The notes under the pieces were generated by a model. That model did no database searches, was not told where the DNA came from, and saw only the letters and a program-made list of their open reading frames with translations. Both the position numbers and the translations under genes were made by a program. This document shows, in pieces, positions 62,568 through 64,000 of a stretch of 64,000 nt of DNA. The stretch is from Methanotrichaceae archaeon (GTDB taxonomy: Archaea > Halobacteriota > Methanosarcinia > Methanotrichales > Methanotrichaceae). The DNA is taken from assembly GCA_963803145.1 (NCBI GenBank), contig CAWDLW010000020.1, positions 32,001 to 96,000 on the forward strand, given 5' to 3'. Numbering within the stretch: position 1 is the first letter of the stretch; the number at the start of each line of letters is the position of its first letter.

Positions 62568-63941
62568 ATGAGAGATATTGCTGAAGATCTGAGGAAAATC
62601 GTTGGCGAGAGAATCGCAGATTCGCTCACCGAGCGGTGCTGCTACTCATCTGATGCATCTCAGGTCCAGGGGATGCCAGATTACGTGGTTCGCCCAAAGA
62701 GCGCTTCTGAAGTTTCCAGTATCCTACGCCTCTGCAGCGATCTCGAAATTCCAGTGACCGCACGGGGAGCGGGAACAGGCCTTGCAGGAGGAGCTGTGCC
62801 GGTTAGGGGCGGCATAGTCCTGGACACGTCCGGCATGGATAGAATAATCGAGATTGATATTGAGAACCTCCAGGTCACCGTAGAGCCGGGCGTGGTTCAG
62901 GAAAGGCTTAACCAGGTTCTATTGCCCTATGGGTTTTTCTTCCCGCCTGATCCCGGAAGCTCTGCTACATGCACCATCGGAGGAATGATCTCTTACAACA
63001 GCAGCGGTATGCGCTGTGTGAAGTACGGGACTACGCGCAATTATATTCTCGATCTGGAGATTGTACTCTCAGATGGCCGCGTGATCCATACCGGCTCAAA
63101 GATGCTCAAATCGGCTGCAGGCTATGATCTCACAAGGCTGTTTGTTGGCTCTGAAGGATCCTTGGGCATAATTACCAAAGCAGGCTTGAAGATAGTTCCG
63201 CGGCCGTTGGCCAGAAGGCTTGTTGTTGCATCCTTTGACAACGCCGAGATTGCGGGCCGGGCTGTAGTGAAGGTATTCTCCGGCGGCATCACGCCGTCGG
63301 CCTGCGAGATCCTTGATAGGACGACACTGCAGGTCCTGAAGCGCTGCGATTCCAGTCTGGCTCTGCCGAATGATGGGGATGTGATCCTCTTTGAGGTCGA
63401 TGGGACCGAGAGTTCAACCGCAGAGGATGCAAAGCGAATTTCTGAGACCTGCTCCTCCTTGGCAAGGAGCATTCAGATCGCCTCAAGCCGCAGCGATATG
63501 GATGCTATCTGGGCAGCGCGCAAACTTGTTGGAGCTGCGGTTTCGCGCATTGATCCAACAAAGACACGCATCTACGTGGCCGAGGATGTTGGCGTGCCTA
63601 TAAAGCAAATCCCAGCTTTGATTAAGAGAATCCAGGAGATATCGAACGAATTCGACCTGCCTGCGATGAAGTATGGGCACATAGGCGACGGCAATCTGCA
63701 CGTTGCTTTGTTCATCGATGTGATGGATGAGGATCAGTGGGAGAGGCTGAGGAAGGCGGCAGATAGAATTCACAGAACGGCGATTGGGCTTGGCGGCACG
63801 GTCAGCTCGGAGCATGGCATCGGCCTTGCAAGGGCCGAATATATGGCTGAACAGGTAGGTCCAGCCCTGGATGTGATGAGGGCGATCAAGAAGGCCCTGG
63901 ATCCAAAGGGCATACTTAATCCCGGCAAGATGGGCCTGTGA
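62568..63941 (+). CDS. FAD-linked 2-hydroxyacid oxidoreductase (GlcD/D-lactate dehydrogenase family)
   Basis: RGAGTGLAGG, PPDPGS...TIGG, GYDLTRLFVGSEGSLG, GHIGDGNLH, SEHGIG and LDPKGILNPGK motifs. Confidence 0.93.
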   Translation: MRDIAEDLRKIVGERIADSLTERCCYSSDASQVQGMPDYVVRPKSASEVSSILRLCSDLEIPVTARGAGTGLAGGAVPVRGGIVLDTSGMDRIIEIDIENLQVTVEPGVVQERLNQVLLPYGFFFPPDPGSSATCTIGGMISYNSSGMRCVKYGTTRNYILDLEIVLSDGRVIHTGSKMLKSAAGYDLTRLFVGSEGSLGIITKAGLKIVPRPLARRLVVASFDNAEIAGRAVVKVFSGGITPSACEILDRTTLQVLKRCDSSLALPNDGDVILFEVDGTESSTAEDAKRISETCSSLARSIQIASSRSDMDAIWAARKLVGAAVSRIDPTKTRIYVAEDVGVPIKQIPALIKRIQEISNEFDLPAMKYGHIGDGNLHVALFIDVMDEDQWERLRKAADRIHRTAIGLGGTVSSEHGIGLARAEYMAEQVGPALDVMRAIKKALDPKGILNPGKMGL

Positions 63942-64000
63942 GTGAATTTAGTTTTATCTCGAATAACAAAACGTACTTGACCAAACCTCAAAGACATGAA

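Overview
Archaeal chromosomal window, almost certainly Methanothrix (Methanosaeta): the minus-strand 16S rRNA matches the Methanosaetaceae MX825 probe sequence at about 48880-48902. It has five parts. (1) 1-21.6 kb: an accessory island with an amidohydrolase, MarC, MgtC hit by an IS5, a multidomain DeCLIC-like pentameric ligand-gated ion channel, a holin-phosphodiesterase fusion, two intact and one broken amidinotransferase-fold (pentein) genes, two C45 Ntn-hydrolases, two DHA2 MFS pumps, two HdeD proteins, DUF1269 and PsiE, with many small gene remnants between them. (2) 21.6-34 kb: a defence/toxin-antitoxin hotspot with an IS630, a Lamassu-like ABC three-component system whose ATPase is split by an IS1-family element, YhcG, MNT-HEPN and orphan antitoxins. 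It is punctuated by an unannotated 130-195 bp structured repeat with compensatory base changes, which recurs at 43.8-44.1 kb. (3) 34-44.5 kb: MFS, a dacB pseudogene, conserved methanogen genes, SWIM and pRiA4b-ORF3. (4) 44.6-49.7 kb: a complete minus-strand rRNA operon (16S-tRNA-Ala-23S-5S) with a tRNA-like element just upstream of 5S and degenerate copies of the 5S 3' end downstream. (5) 50-64 kb: two wHTH regulators, a cluster of secreted beta-rich proteins, MoxR-DUF58-LarA and an FAD-linked 2-hydroxyacid oxidoreductase. All family calls come from motif recognition by eye; no database searches were run.
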